Notes under the pieces: generated by a model
Told to the model about the DNA's origin: nothing
What the model saw: the letters and a program-made list of their open reading frames with translations, nothing else
Database searches by the model: none
Translations under genes and position numbers: made by a program
Shown here: piece by piece, positions 30,401 to 39,993 of the stretch
Numbering within the stretch: position 1 is the first letter of the stretch
Layout: each line of letters starts with the position of its first letter
Source: an uncultured bacterium
Lineage (GTDB): Bacteria > Oederibacteriota > JAAXVQ01 > JAUVAV01
Direction of reading: 5' to 3'
Assembly (NCBI GenBank): GCA_963710755.1
Contig: CAVQBK010000002.1
Coordinates: 64,001-128,000, forward strand
DNA: 64,000 nucleotides

Positions 30401-30547
30401 TGACGGTAACCCCCCGGGGAAAAAGCGGCTCAATATAAAATAAGTCACCGTCATGCCGGCCAGCATAGAACCCAATAGCATTAATCCTCGATGCAGGACC
30501 AGGTCTTCTTCATTCATCATCTGTTTTACTTGTGCCAAATCTGCCAT
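27476..30547 (-). CDS. large polytopic membrane protein, possible GT-C-fold glycosyltransferase with extracytoplasmic beta domain
   Basis: 1023 aa with many TMs; EG...GRLPFKD..F.HG loop; FFDFSNQPLLYFL after the last TM; beta-rich C-terminus. Function is inferred. Confidence 0.6.
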   Translation of the reverse strand: MADLAQVKQMMNEEDLVLHRGLMLLGSMLAGMTVTYFILSRFFPGGLPSFNVVGYLTMGLKTPGEVYRALAIVAGGVAGVLLGQWGWMMMAQWQRVLGVMPAAVALKRSTVIFAPFLAYITMLSTNQGLMIAPLAAGLLLLLGFSLLAILEKKDKRKIYFAFPTENRYQPASLFTHGSIIVLGAGVGWFLQALTGPGLFSSLGLWFSLGVGLAVWIVIMLLAGLLALFFSKLTFDQVYVGLAFVAMPLAILPLQTLGGLTYTAYGKVVAVTKVAWLMPTLVGVASLAAVVILALVLLSLRKKKVEMVPAWEEVFRALMLIIPIPLLLYAVAYWPMGAAFSGHHLLGPLALFREGEPLGAAQAILMGRLPFKDILFRHGFIADALSGLAAVNWFGGTLEAYRLMLSYLAPLGLIAIYVFAIFCMPWLWALLLALTMLTGALGMIPYTRFLFPLIGFIFTLFYLQSNRWLLLIFSGLMTALSVIASYTAGIMALAGQLTLVVVFVVVDREPLKKRLTGLAVYLGATLAGLLPWFLYLAMSGSLGAYFDNFAWVMNNYGAVFGLPMPGLGDHPSLMQWLIFALPPAMIAIGALQSLKAIFAGKQHGTIPWNILLLTVITTLYWVRFLDRSDYTFLLETLPIAAMLAAFYLFRLTIRQARLKGLVMTALLPLLLIPQAGRIDLKTLAEGFGQKTVITVDGLVKPKSLLLGNVFLQPNQAREIDELVSYMNEQVGSAESFFDFSNQPLLYFLVPRRPVTRALATVSIATFEQQLAAIRALNLNEVKMVVADGRPLGEAGLDGLPCEVRQYALSEYLLKKYVPIKKIGQTVIMLPRDGELNPEPQAVQAMKRMVSLAYMPLTMGQEAKYASGQGNGVDQYIVKDKSDVDAHGLTVTASAQGVEVADGVGQVSLVMNAKANKAADGNVLRLTLRASPRLQGRTAKLLWGKASDHDGLQFLLKGSGQEETYVFRVGSLPAWVWAGSLKQLTLVMPAGGWQWKSLQVLAVKDIPELSQAPAAKSEAGKPGQK

Positions 30548-30687
30548 AATGATGATGCTCCCTCATTGAAAAATAATTGAAATGCCTATACTTGATATGA
30601 CAATTTTCGACCAATGCCACCGGAACCTGAAGCTGTCCCCGATTCCAGATGATTTTTTTTAGCAGTTTGCCCTTGTGATCACCACGG

Positions 30688-31599
30688 TTACTCGAAGAGG
30701 TCCACGCCTATAACCTGCTCAATGTCCACCGGTTGGCCGCCCACAAAGAGCTGATAAAACAGCCGTTTGCCGACAGCGGCGCCGCCGCTGCGACCCACCA
30801 TGCCCAACTGACTTCCCCGGCTTAGATGGTCGCCGGTTTTAACATTGAACGTCCGCAAATGGGCATAAACGGTCATAAAGGACCGCCCGTGGTCCACCAT
30901 AACCGTGTTGCCCAGCATGGCCATTTTTTTGGCCAGCACCACTTGTCCTTCAGCCGCAGCTTTCACTTCCCCGGAACCTGTGGTCAGCGGGGCAATTTCC
31001 ACACCTTGCAGCGCCATACTGAAGGTACGCTTGTAGGTACGCACGGTGTAATACCCAGCTACGCGCCGCCCGCCCATGGGAAGTAAAAAATCCCGCAACT
31101 TGTCCGGACGATATTGGCTTTTTCTGGACAATGCTTGCAGTTCCCGAAGTTCTTTGAGAAAGCGCTTATAATTAAATTTTTTTAAACGTACCCGTTCACG
31201 GGAAGGCTTATTAGAGGCAGGTAAAATAGCAAATTCATAAGTTTCTTGAATAAGAGGAAGAGGCGGCCCGGGATTAGCTTTGCTGATATAAGGAAAAAAG
31301 ACATGCATCCTCTGACGACCCGGCTTGTGATTGGCTGGCACCGGAATATAAGCGGAATAGGTGCCTACGTCTTTATCCAAACGGGGATACATGGAATAGG
31401 TGCGCTTTTCCCACTGCACCCAGCCTTTTTTTACATTTTCCGGCAAGAGGAAAGTGACCTCCACCACCTCCGCAGGTTGGAGTTCCGGTTTGGGTAAAAG
31501 GACCTGTAGTTGTGCTGCCAAGCTTTTGGCCGTGGTGGCGCAACCGGTCAGCATCAGCAGACAGCAACCCCATATAAGTGGTTTTTTAAAGACAGGCAC
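30688..31599 (-). CDS. M23/LytM domain lipoprotein with degenerate zinc site
   Basis: Lipobox LTGC; GNTVMVDHG, YAHL, VKTGD, G.VG.SG. HxxxD is replaced by LQGVE and HxH by RLF. Confidence 0.82.
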   Translation of the reverse strand: MPVFKKPLIWGCCLLMLTGCATTAKSLAAQLQVLLPKPELQPAEVVEVTFLLPENVKKGWVQWEKRTYSMYPRLDKDVGTYSAYIPVPANHKPGRQRMHVFFPYISKANPGPPLPLIQETYEFAILPASNKPSRERVRLKKFNYKRFLKELRELQALSRKSQYRPDKLRDFLLPMGGRRVAGYYTVRTYKRTFSMALQGVEIAPLTTGSGEVKAAAEGQVVLAKKMAMLGNTVMVDHGRSFMTVYAHLRTFNVKTGDHLSRGSQLGMVGRSGGAAVGKRLFYQLFVGGQPVDIEQVIGVDLFE

Positions 31600-31974
31600 G
31601 CGTGTTCCCCCTCACCCGCCGGACAACCGGCCCCAAGCAGCCTGACCAAGTCGTACCGGCTAAGGTCCTTGGGTTAAGGTCGCAAGCTGATCAGAACCCG
31701 GCCAATGCCCAATTAAAAGATGAACTGTTGGCAGGACTTGCCGTTCATTATTATTACCACACCTGCAGGCGTCAAGTGTAATTTTGATCAGCACGGACGC
31801 AAACAAATTGTAACTTGAATTGTAACATCACCCAATCCAAAATATATAAATTAAAGAGCCACCCCCAGATAACCGGGCTAGATAGTTCCCATGGTGGAAA
31901 GAGAACGTTTCGATCTCAATAAAATTTCGTCTGCTCTTGAAAGCTGTGACCCAACACTAATCTTCATCTATGAA

Positions 31975-32055
31975 CATCACTCCCGTAAAAACCGGGGTTT
32001 AGAAAAGCCTTTAAAACCAAGGCCTATGGACTCCGCTCTCACCGGAATGACGAAC
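31975..32055. repeat. REP-like palindromic intergenic element, copy B
   Basis: catcactcccg...ccgggg...cctttaaaaccaagg...ggactccg...ccggaatgacgaac. Same architecture as 21986-22080. Confidence 0.5.
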
Positions 32056-32263
32056 GAGTTATTTGTTTTTGTGTTGTGACCCAGGTTGTTGCGAAAGGGG
32101 ACAGTAAACTTGGCCTTTCCGTAACAAGAAATAGATAATCCTTGCTGCTTGGCGCCATAATTCCTATAATTAATTTCCATTGCCTCACAGTCCCTTATGG
32201 GTAGGACGATTGAAATCATCATCTTTTTGTCTTGGCACTACCATTATCTCCAGGAGGCCTCCT

Positions 32264-34354
32264 ATGAGTAACCCTTATTCTGCAGCACAAATTCAAAACA
32301 TCCTCATTGCCGGTCATGGGCATGTAGGTAAAACCACCTTGACCGAATCCTTGTTGGCCGCCGCCGGAGCCATCAGCCAACCCGGCCAGGTGGAAAAAGG
32401 CACCACTGTCTCCGACTTCGATGAAGAAGAGATCAGCCGCAAACTTTCTTTACACACTTCTATCACGTTTGTGGACTATGCTGATCATAAACTAAACTTC
32501 TTGGATGCGCCTGGGTCACCTGATTTTATCGGCGACGTCTTGGCGGCCTTGCATGTGGCGGACTCGGCACTGGTGCTGGTGGATGCGGAAGTGGGGCCGG
32601 AAATCGAATCTCTCAAGCATTCCCGCGAAGCCGAGAATTTTAACGTGCCGCGGGCGCTGTTCCTCAATAAAATGGACAAGGAAAGAGCCAATTTCGAAAC
32701 CACTATGGAGTTATGTTCCCAGAAATTCAGCAAACCCAAGATTCCCATTTGGATTCCCATTGGCGCAGGGGAAAATTTCCAAGGTGTGGTGGACTTGTTG
32801 AAAATGAAGGCCCTGCTCTTCCCCAAGGACAGTCCCCGCTACACCATAGCACCCATTCCTGAGACCATGCAGGCCCAGGCCCAGGCCGCCCGGGAGACGT
32901 TGATCGAAGCGGCGGCAGAAGGCGATGACCAACTGACCGAAGAATTCCTGGAAGGCCAATCCTTGTCAACCGACGAAATCGACCGCGGCCTGAACGAGGA
33001 TATGATGGCCGGCCGTTTCATCCCCGTGTTTTGCGGTTGCGCCAACCGGGTGTCCTGCGCAACCGCCTTGTTGGATGTGTTTATTGAATTCATGCCCAAT
33101 GCCGCTGAAAAAGCACCCTGGAACGGCACGGCCATGGGCATGCCCGACACTCCCCTGACCCGGGCGGCTCAATCCGACCAACCCTTCAGTGCCTTTGTTT
33201 TTAAAACCATGATCGATCAATATGCCGGTAAATTTTCTTTTTTAAAAATCATCTCCGGCGTGCTAACCCCGGAAATGGAAGTTCTCAACACCAGCATTAA
33301 TCACAAAGAAAAATTCGGACACCTTTTCTCTATCCAAGGCAAGAAAACCACGGAGGTGCCACGTGCTGGTGCCGGAGATATTGTGGTGGTCACCAAGGTG
33401 GAGACTGCTCAAACCAGCCATACTGTTGCTGATCCTGCCTCCCCCATTGTTTTCCCTGGTTTAAAATTGCCGCAATCCGTATATGCTGTGGCGGTTGCGG
33501 CCCAGAAAAAAGGGGAAGATCAAAAAATGAGCACAGCGCTGGCCAAGCTCTGCGAGGAAGACCCCACCCTGACCTTTCGTTTCGAGCCGGAATTGCACCA
33601 ATCCCTGCTTGAGGCCATGGGGGATATGCAAATCGATATTGCCCTGTCGCGGCTTAAGAAGAAATACAACCTCGAGGTGGAACGCACCGTGCCCCGCGTG
33701 CTTTATAAGGAAACCATTCAAAAACCGGCCCAGGGCCATCATAAACATAAAAAGCAATCAGGCGGCCATGGTCAATACGGCGAGGTCTATCTGGACATCG
33801 AGCCTTTGACAGCTGGTATGGGCTACAGCTTCGAAGACCGCACCCATGGCGGCAGTATTCCCAAAGGATTTATGCCGGGTATCGAAAAGGGGGTAAAGGA
33901 AGGCATGCAACGGGGCGTGCTCGCCGGTTATCCCGTGATTGACATCGCTGTGCGCGTAATGGACGGATCGTTTCATGACGTTGATTCTTCGGAAATGTCC
34001 TTTAAAATTGCAGGTCGCAAAGCTTTTTACGAGGCCATGGAAAAAGCCGCGCCCGTACTCTTGGAACCGATCATGCATGTGGTGATTGCCGCTGAAGACG
34101 GCAGTATGGGGGCCATCACCAGCGATCTCAACGCACGCCGGGGCCGAGTCCTGGCCATGGGCACCGACAAAATCGAAGCCCAAATTCCCCAGGCGGAACT
34201 GCTCAAATACGCCATGGAATTAAAAGCCATGACCTCGGGTACCGCCACCTTTGAAATGAATTTTTCTCATTATCAACCTGTCCAGGGCAGGATTGCGGAG
34301 CAGGTGATCAAGGAAGCGGCAGCCTTGCATGGCCAGAGGACTGAAGAAGATTAA
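32264..34354 (+). CDS. fusA2: elongation factor G paralog (EF-G2/FusA2 type)
   Basis: GHGHVGKTT, DAPG, NKMD, KKQSGGHGQYG, HDVDSSE, LLEPIM. Divergent effector loop RKLSL; not in an str operon; AGGAGG RBS. Confidence 0.88.
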   Translation: MSNPYSAAQIQNILIAGHGHVGKTTLTESLLAAAGAISQPGQVEKGTTVSDFDEEEISRKLSLHTSITFVDYADHKLNFLDAPGSPDFIGDVLAALHVADSALVLVDAEVGPEIESLKHSREAENFNVPRALFLNKMDKERANFETTMELCSQKFSKPKIPIWIPIGAGENFQGVVDLLKMKALLFPKDSPRYTIAPIPETMQAQAQAARETLIEAAAEGDDQLTEEFLEGQSLSTDEIDRGLNEDMMAGRFIPVFCGCANRVSCATALLDVFIEFMPNAAEKAPWNGTAMGMPDTPLTRAAQSDQPFSAFVFKTMIDQYAGKFSFLKIISGVLTPEMEVLNTSINHKEKFGHLFSIQGKKTTEVPRAGAGDIVVVTKVETAQTSHTVADPASPIVFPGLKLPQSVYAVAVAAQKKGEDQKMSTALAKLCEEDPTLTFRFEPELHQSLLEAMGDMQIDIALSRLKKKYNLEVERTVPRVLYKETIQKPAQGHHKHKKQSGGHGQYGEVYLDIEPLTAGMGYSFEDRTHGGSIPKGFMPGIEKGVKEGMQRGVLAGYPVIDIAVRVMDGSFHDVDSSEMSFKIAGRKAFYEAMEKAAPVLLEPIMHVVIAAEDGSMGAITSDLNARRGRVLAMGTDKIEAQIPQAELLKYAMELKAMTSGTATFEMNFSHYQPVQGRIAEQVIKEAAALHGQRTEED

Positions 34355-34542
34355 TGACAAGGAAAGCAATGAACCTTGACAGCGCAAGCCACGGCGGCAT
34401 TATCAGGATAGCTTTGCAGGGGTGTATAATTATTGGTCCTACGGCAGAGGGTTCACCTATGGAAGCTCTATAAAAAATTGCGGAAAGGGTGCTGGTGTAG
34501 GGCCCAGGCAGGCCTGGTATAGATCTTAATCATGGCCGTGCC

Positions 34543-35532
34543 TTAGGACTTGGGGGAACGTCGTCTCTTGGTAGCGCGCGTGTAGGCTTGGCGGATGCAA
34601 TTGCGGCCGGCGTTTTTAGCCCGGTATAAAGCCTGGTCGGCCATGTCAATGATCGCTTCCGCGGTAGTGGCATTTTCCGGATAAGTGGCAATACCCATGG
34701 AAATAGTGATGGACTTATGCGTGCCGGGAATGTGGCTACCGATCTTGGATTCTTTGAAAGCATTGAACAGGCGGGTGGCAAAACGCAGGGCTTCCTTGGC
34801 ATTGGTTTCAGGCAGGATGATGGCAAACTCATCGCCGCCGTAGCGGGAAACCGTGTCGGTGTCGCGGCGGGTGGCCTTGAATAAGGCCGCCAGATCGCGC
34901 AACAGAATGTCGCCTTCCATATGGCCCAGTTGGTCGTTGTATTCCTTGAAGTGGTCCAGATCCAAGAACAGCAGGCTAAAGGTACGATTGTAACGCTTGC
35001 AACGCCCCAATTCTTCCCTTAATTCTTCCTGAAAATAACGGTGATTGTAAAGCCCGGTGAGTCCGTCTTCGTTGACAAAGAGCAGCAAGCAATCAAGTTC
35101 CTCTTCCGGCAGCAATTGGAAATCCTTGACCTGGCCCGATTGATTGTCCAAGTAATCCAGAGCCGCCACCTTAATGCCTACATTGCGTCCTATCTTCTGG
35201 GACATGAAGTATTTATGGCGAACCACTTCCTCCCAAAGGTGACGGGCTTCTTCCGCGCCATAACGCTTGTGCACTAGGGCGTAGAGCAGATCCGTAAACA
35301 GTTCGCTGCCCTTGCGTTCTTTTAAATATTCCAGTGATTGACGGATCTCTTTGGGCACGTGCTCCACATCACCGGCAAAATATTCCAAAACGGCCACATC
35401 CTTGGACAACCAGCGCGTGAAATGCCTCAGTTCACCGGGAAGGGTGATATAGTAGCTGGTATTGCAGGTAAAGGTGTCGTTGCGGTTGATAAATGCCTCG
35501 CCACTCTGCGCACCACGCTTATCCAGATCCAT
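34543..35532 (-). CDS. diguanylate cyclase
   Basis: DGLTGLYN, DLDHFK.YND, RxxD I-site (RDTD), RYGGDEF, ADQALY.AK..GRN. Confidence 0.92.
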   Translation of the reverse strand: MDLDKRGAQSGEAFINRNDTFTCNTSYYITLPGELRHFTRWLSKDVAVLEYFAGDVEHVPKEIRQSLEYLKERKGSELFTDLLYALVHKRYGAEEARHLWEEVVRHKYFMSQKIGRNVGIKVAALDYLDNQSGQVKDFQLLPEEELDCLLLFVNEDGLTGLYNHRYFQEELREELGRCKRYNRTFSLLFLDLDHFKEYNDQLGHMEGDILLRDLAALFKATRRDTDTVSRYGGDEFAIILPETNAKEALRFATRLFNAFKESKIGSHIPGTHKSITISMGIATYPENATTAEAIIDMADQALYRAKNAGRNCIRQAYTRATKRRRSPKS

Positions 35533-35546
35533 GGGGTTGATCCCTT

Positions 35547-36965
35547 TCAGGAGTTTAAAAACACTTCATAACACCGCTCGGCTTGCATCAAATCAATCTT
35601 GCTGGAAAGTTCCAACGTGGCGTGCATGGACAACAGGGGCGGTCCCGCGTCAATGGCATCCATGCCATAACGGGATAGAAACATGGCAATCGTCCCGCCG
35701 CCGCCAACATCCAATTTCCCCATTTCCCCGGTCTGCCATTTGACCCCACGCTCTTCGAAAAGCTGGATCAGCCAGCTCATGTATTCACTGGAGGCTTCAT
35801 TGCTATCATACTTGCCGCCCGCCCCACCGTATTTTTCCACGCTAATTCCCCCGCCCAGACGGGAAGAATTGTCCATATCACTCACATCCTCAAAATTGGG
35901 ATTGAGCGCTTCCGTAACATCTGCGCTGATGGCCGTGGCACTTTCCAGAATAGCCGCGGTGCTGCGCTTGGCTCCGCATTTCCGCCGGAGCTCTTCCACG
36001 AAATTTTCCAACTGCCGGCTCTGCGCTCCTGTGTCGCCGGTGGAACCGATTTCCTCTTTGTCGATGAAAAGACCGAGAGCCATGCCCGCTGGTTTTTCAA
36101 TTTTGGACAGGGCCGTGAACAAGGCAAAAGCGCAAATCCTGTCATCCTGACCATACGCGGCAATCATGGATTGATCAAGGCCGATGTCCACCGGTTTAGC
36201 GGCCGGCACAAAGGTAATATCGGCTGTTAGCAGATTTTTCTCCACCAGGCCGTAACGTTCATGCAGCAAGGTCAGAACCGCTGCTTTGATTTTTTCTTTT
36301 TCCTCGCTCTCAGCCAGAGGCTGGTTACCCACGACAATCCGTAACTGTTCCCCTTTAATAGCGTCCTTGGCAATTTCCTTCATCTGTTCTTTTCCAATAT
36401 GGGGGGCAATATCAGGAATTAAAAACTGCGGTTCTCCCGGCGCCTCGCCGATCACGAATTCCAGTTTGCCTTGAGGCGTGGGCACCACGGCATGCATGCT
36501 CAGGGGCACATTAACCCATTGATATTTTTTGATCCCACCATAGTAGTGGGTCTTGAGCAAGGCCAAGTCCCCTGCTTCCATTAGGGGGGAGGGTTTAAGA
36601 TCCAAGCGGGGACTGTCAATATGGGCACCCACCAGGCGCCATGTTTTTTCCGGATCTCCTATCACCGCAGTAATTAAAGCACGGTGTTTAATCACTTTAT
36701 AAACTTTATCGCCCCTCTGCAGATGGTCCATTTGGTCCAGAGGTTTAAAGCCCAGTTGTTGAAAATGATTGACCAGATAGCGGACGCAGGCCCGTTCTGT
36801 CTTGGCCTGACCTAGAAAAGCTTTATAAACCTCGGCATAGTCAAAAGCCTCCTGCCGCTCCTGTTGGCTAAGCCCTTGCCAGGCTGAACTGCGGCTGAAA
36901 GTTAAGGAAGCCTGGGTAGCGGCTGCAGATGAATTTTCGGATGGAGGTTTCGTTTCCCGGTGCAT
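35547..36965 (-). CDS. M18 family aminopeptidase
   Basis: AHIDSPRLDLKP, HYYGGIKKYQW, GQDD, DKEEIGS, GGGGTI, SMH. Confidence 0.92.
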   Translation of the reverse strand: MHRETKPPSENSSAAATQASLTFSRSSAWQGLSQQERQEAFDYAEVYKAFLGQAKTERACVRYLVNHFQQLGFKPLDQMDHLQRGDKVYKVIKHRALITAVIGDPEKTWRLVGAHIDSPRLDLKPSPLMEAGDLALLKTHYYGGIKKYQWVNVPLSMHAVVPTPQGKLEFVIGEAPGEPQFLIPDIAPHIGKEQMKEIAKDAIKGEQLRIVVGNQPLAESEEKEKIKAAVLTLLHERYGLVEKNLLTADITFVPAAKPVDIGLDQSMIAAYGQDDRICAFALFTALSKIEKPAGMALGLFIDKEEIGSTGDTGAQSRQLENFVEELRRKCGAKRSTAAILESATAISADVTEALNPNFEDVSDMDNSSRLGGGISVEKYGGAGGKYDSNEASSEYMSWLIQLFEERGVKWQTGEMGKLDVGGGGTIAMFLSRYGMDAIDAGPPLLSMHATLELSSKIDLMQAERCYEVFLNS

Positions 36966-37093
36966 GGTATCTCCTTTGATAGCATGGATCGAGCTGGGTT
37001 TGGCCCGGTCTTTTACTTACTCTATCAAAAAAGCCGGACCTTGGCTAGCTTCTTCACGGCCATTGACCAGCAAAGGACATTGGCATAATCATG

Positions 37094-37492
37094 TCAGGGT
37101 TGATGAACCCGTCGCAAAGCCACCATGCCGCCACTGAGATTAAGCAAATGGGTATAACCGTGATCCGCCAGGAAGGCATAAGCTTGGGAAGACCGGCTGC
37201 CACTGCGGCAGATAAGCACCACTTCTTGGTCTTTGGGAATTTCCTGATAACGACTGGGCAAATCAGGCAGAGGAATATTTACAACACCCGGCAAAGCGCC
37301 CAAAGGGCCCAGCAACTCTTCCGGCTGGCGCACATCCACCAGCACCATCGCTTCCTGATGGGACAACCGGTCCATTAACCCGCTGGCAGACACCGTCGCC
37401 ATACCCTTTGTCTGTCCCGGTGCTCCGGGCATGCACCCGCTTAAGCCTGCTGTTCCCACCAGGATCATCAGCACCAATAGCTTTTTAAGCAT
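37094..37492 (-). CDS. rhodanese-like lipoprotein
   Basis: Lipobox LSGC, DVRQPEE, ICRSGSRS, NLSGGM. Overlaps the fprA stop. Confidence 0.88.
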   Translation of the reverse strand: MLKKLLVLMILVGTAGLSGCMPGAPGQTKGMATVSASGLMDRLSHQEAMVLVDVRQPEELLGPLGALPGVVNIPLPDLPSRYQEIPKDQEVVLICRSGSRSSQAYAFLADHGYTHLLNLSGGMVALRRVHQP

Positions 37493-38708
37493 GGCTCACC
37501 ACTTCTTGGCCTTTGGCAGCCACAATTTTTTCCGCAATGGCTTGGCCCAAGCCGCGGGCTGCCGCCAGATCCTCGCTTCGGGGTGTGAACTTGACGCGCA
37601 AGCCCGGGGCGGCAATCTTCATCTTCAAGGACTTCAGCCGTTCTTCCAGCATGGGTACGGCTTCTCCACTCCAGCCGTAAGACCCAAAAGCCACAGCCTG
37701 TTTGCCGCGCAATTTGACCGTGGCCAGCGAGGATAGCAAATCCCAGACCGGCTTCACCGCATCGCCGTTGATGGTGCATGACCCGACCGCCAAGCCATCG
37801 GCAGCTTCCATTTGCGTCAACACATCGGGAAGTTCAGTGCCCACCAGGTCAAAAAGTGCGACTTTCACACCCACGGCGCGGGCACCTGCAGCCACCTCCT
37901 GGGCCAGGCGGCCTGTAAGTCCGTAAGCGGAAACGTAGAAGATAAGCAGCTTGCCTTCCTTAACCTTTTCAGGTTGAGTGCTCCAGGACCGGTAAAGGTC
38001 GAGATAGCCTTCAATATTATTATTAAGCAAGGGACCATGACTGGTGCAAATCAGATTCAGTTCCAATCCTTTTATAGCTTCCAGTCCTTTGAGAACATAT
38101 TCTTTAAAAGGACGCATAATATGATCATAATAATATCGGAAAGCATGGGTAAAATCTCCGACCTGATCACTGAACATGGCTTCATGGCAGTAATGGCTGC
38201 CCAGAAAATCGCAGGAGAAAAGTACTTTTTCCTCCGCACAATAAGTGAACATGGTATCGGGCCAATGCAAAAAAGGCGCCGTGATAAACTGCAGGGTCTT
38301 GCCGCCCAAGTCCAGCTGATCACCAGTGCCCACCAGCATGGGATTGAGATCCTGATTGGTCAGCTCTTTGAGAAAGGGAGCGCCGTTTTTGGCGACCACG
38401 ATGCGGGCATTGGGCAGGCGCTCCAGCGCCGGCAAAATCGATCCCGAATGGTCCGGTTCCAGATGATTGCAGACGATATAGTCAATTTTGTCCAAGGCTA
38501 TGATCTGTTCTAGACGTTCAAACATCTCCTGGGCATGGCCGGCCTTGACAGTGTCAATGAGTGCGGTTTTTTGCTCCCCCTGAACCAGATAGGCGTTATA
38601 GGTAGTACCTTGTTCCGTGTGCATAATGATATCGAAGATTCTTAATTTGGGGTTCAAGACGCCCACCCAATGAATCTTCTCGGTAATGGTAATAGGATTT
38701 AAGGACAT
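37485..38708 (-). CDS. fprA: flavodiiron protein (FprA, class A)
   Basis: GTTYNAY, HLEPDH, HWPD, SHG, flavodoxin AFGSYGWSGEA. GGAGG before ATG 38708. Confidence 0.93.
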   Translation of the reverse strand: MSLNPITITEKIHWVGVLNPKLRIFDIIMHTEQGTTYNAYLVQGEQKTALIDTVKAGHAQEMFERLEQIIALDKIDYIVCNHLEPDHSGSILPALERLPNARIVVAKNGAPFLKELTNQDLNPMLVGTGDQLDLGGKTLQFITAPFLHWPDTMFTYCAEEKVLFSCDFLGSHYCHEAMFSDQVGDFTHAFRYYYDHIMRPFKEYVLKGLEAIKGLELNLICTSHGPLLNNNIEGYLDLYRSWSTQPEKVKEGKLLIFYVSAYGLTGRLAQEVAAGARAVGVKVALFDLVGTELPDVLTQMEAADGLAVGSCTINGDAVKPVWDLLSSLATVKLRGKQAVAFGSYGWSGEAVPMLEERLKSLKMKIAAPGLRVKFTPRSEDLAAARGLGQAIAEKIVAAKGQEVVSHA

Positions 38709-38760
38709 GCTAATTTCCTCCACTAATTTTTAAAATATTTTCCTCACATCAAGCTCATCA

Positions 38761-39993
38761 TCACGGCTTAACTTCAAACCCGGGAATAGTCTTAAACACA
38801 GCTTGTTTTTGCAATAACTGCTGCTCATGACCCTTGATGTTTAATTTCTTCTCAATGACTTTTTTATAGCTCAAGGCCTCGCCGCTGTAGCCTACTTGAA
38901 TACATCCTGCCAAACAATCATCACGGATAAAGAGTTTGATTAATTCCTGATCGCCTTCATGACGTTTGCCCAGTACCCGGGCTCCTTCAGGATTAATATT
39001 GCCTTGGGAAAAAACATCGATGCCCGCCACTTTAAGCTTGGTGGAAGGCACCACCCCCTCAAACTCCTCCTCTGCGCCGGCGGCATTTAAACCAGCCCTT
39101 CGTCCCATGGCCATGGCCGCTGACCATAAGCCCAGATTGGTGCCACGCCACTGGGCTACATCTCCTGCAGCATAGATGAAGGGACTGCTGGTACGTAAAT
39201 AGTCGTCCACAATAATGCCCTTTGGACCTACCGCCAGACCGGCTTGTTCGGCCAAATCCACCCTGGGACTGATACCAGCCGATACCACCGCCAGATCGGC
39301 TTTTAATTCCATTCCATTCTTCAGCTTCAAGCCGATGGTAAGATCATTGGAAAATACCTGGGCCACCGATGTTCCCAGAAAAAATTCAAACCCCATGTCC
39401 ATTAGTTTACTCTGTAACAGAGCCGCTGCTTCGCCATCGAGTTGGCGTGGCAGGAGATGAGGGGCAATTTCAATCACAATCACCTTGAGCCCCAATTGCG
39501 TCAGGGCATGACCGACTTCCAGCCCCAGGAGACCACCGCCGATTAAAATCGCATGCTGCTTAAACGACGCTTCTTTTTTTAGCCGCTGGGCATCAGCAAG
39601 CGTGCGCAGCGCATGCACCCGCGACGAGGGCAGACCGCTGATGGCGGGAAAACGGGCGTCAGCCCCCATGGCCAGTACCAGCCGGGTATAGGTCAAGGTT
39701 AGTCCGCTTTGAGTTTTAACCTGCCTGGCTTCAGGATCAATAACTGTCACCTGATCCTGAAACAGGACCGTGATGCCCTTCTCCTGATACCAAGTATCAG
39801 GGTGCACACTAATTTTCTCGGGTTTAACTTTTCCTGCCACCACCTCCGGCAGTCGCGGCCGACTATAACAATGATTCGCTTCATTGGTAATAATGGTCAC
39901 CGGGAGGTGCGCCTCCACTTCGCGAAAGGCCTTGGCCGCATAGACCCCGCCCGGTCCGTTGCCGATGATGACCAACCCTGGGTTGCTGTCCAT
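38761..39993 (-). CDS. NAD(P)/FAD-dependent oxidoreductase (NADH:rubredoxin oxidoreductase-like)
   Basis: IIGNGPGG, YSRPRL, IGGGLLGLE, YAAGD, TKLKVAG. ATG overlaps the rubrerythrin stop (TGATG). Confidence 0.9.
   Translation of the reverse strand: MDSNPGLVIIGNGPGGVYAAKAFREVEAHLPVTIITNEANHCYSRPRLPEVVAGKVKPEKISVHPDTWYQEKGITVLFQDQVTVIDPEARQVKTQSGLTLTYTRLVLAMGADARFPAISGLPSSRVHALRTLADAQRLKKEASFKQHAILIGGGLLGLEVGHALTQLGLKVIVIEIAPHLLPRQLDGEAAALLQSKLMDMGFEFFLGTSVAQVFSNDLTIGLKLKNGMELKADLAVVSAGISPRVDLAEQAGLAVGPKGIIVDDYLRTSSPFIYAAGDVAQWRGTNLGLWSAAMAMGRRAGLNAAGAEEEFEGVVPSTKLKVAGIDVFSQGNINPEGARVLGKRHEGDQELIKLFIRDDCLAGCIQVGYSGEALSYKKVIEKKLNIKGHEQQLLQKQAVFKTIPGFEVKP

Noticed and set aside
31804-31828. Pho/OmpR-type box (ttgtaac direct repeat)
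   Set aside because: The period is 12 bp rather than 11, and no clear target gene follows.
32232-32248. sigma54 promoter before fusA2 (TTGGCAC)
   Set aside because: The -12 position reads TTAT rather than TTGC.
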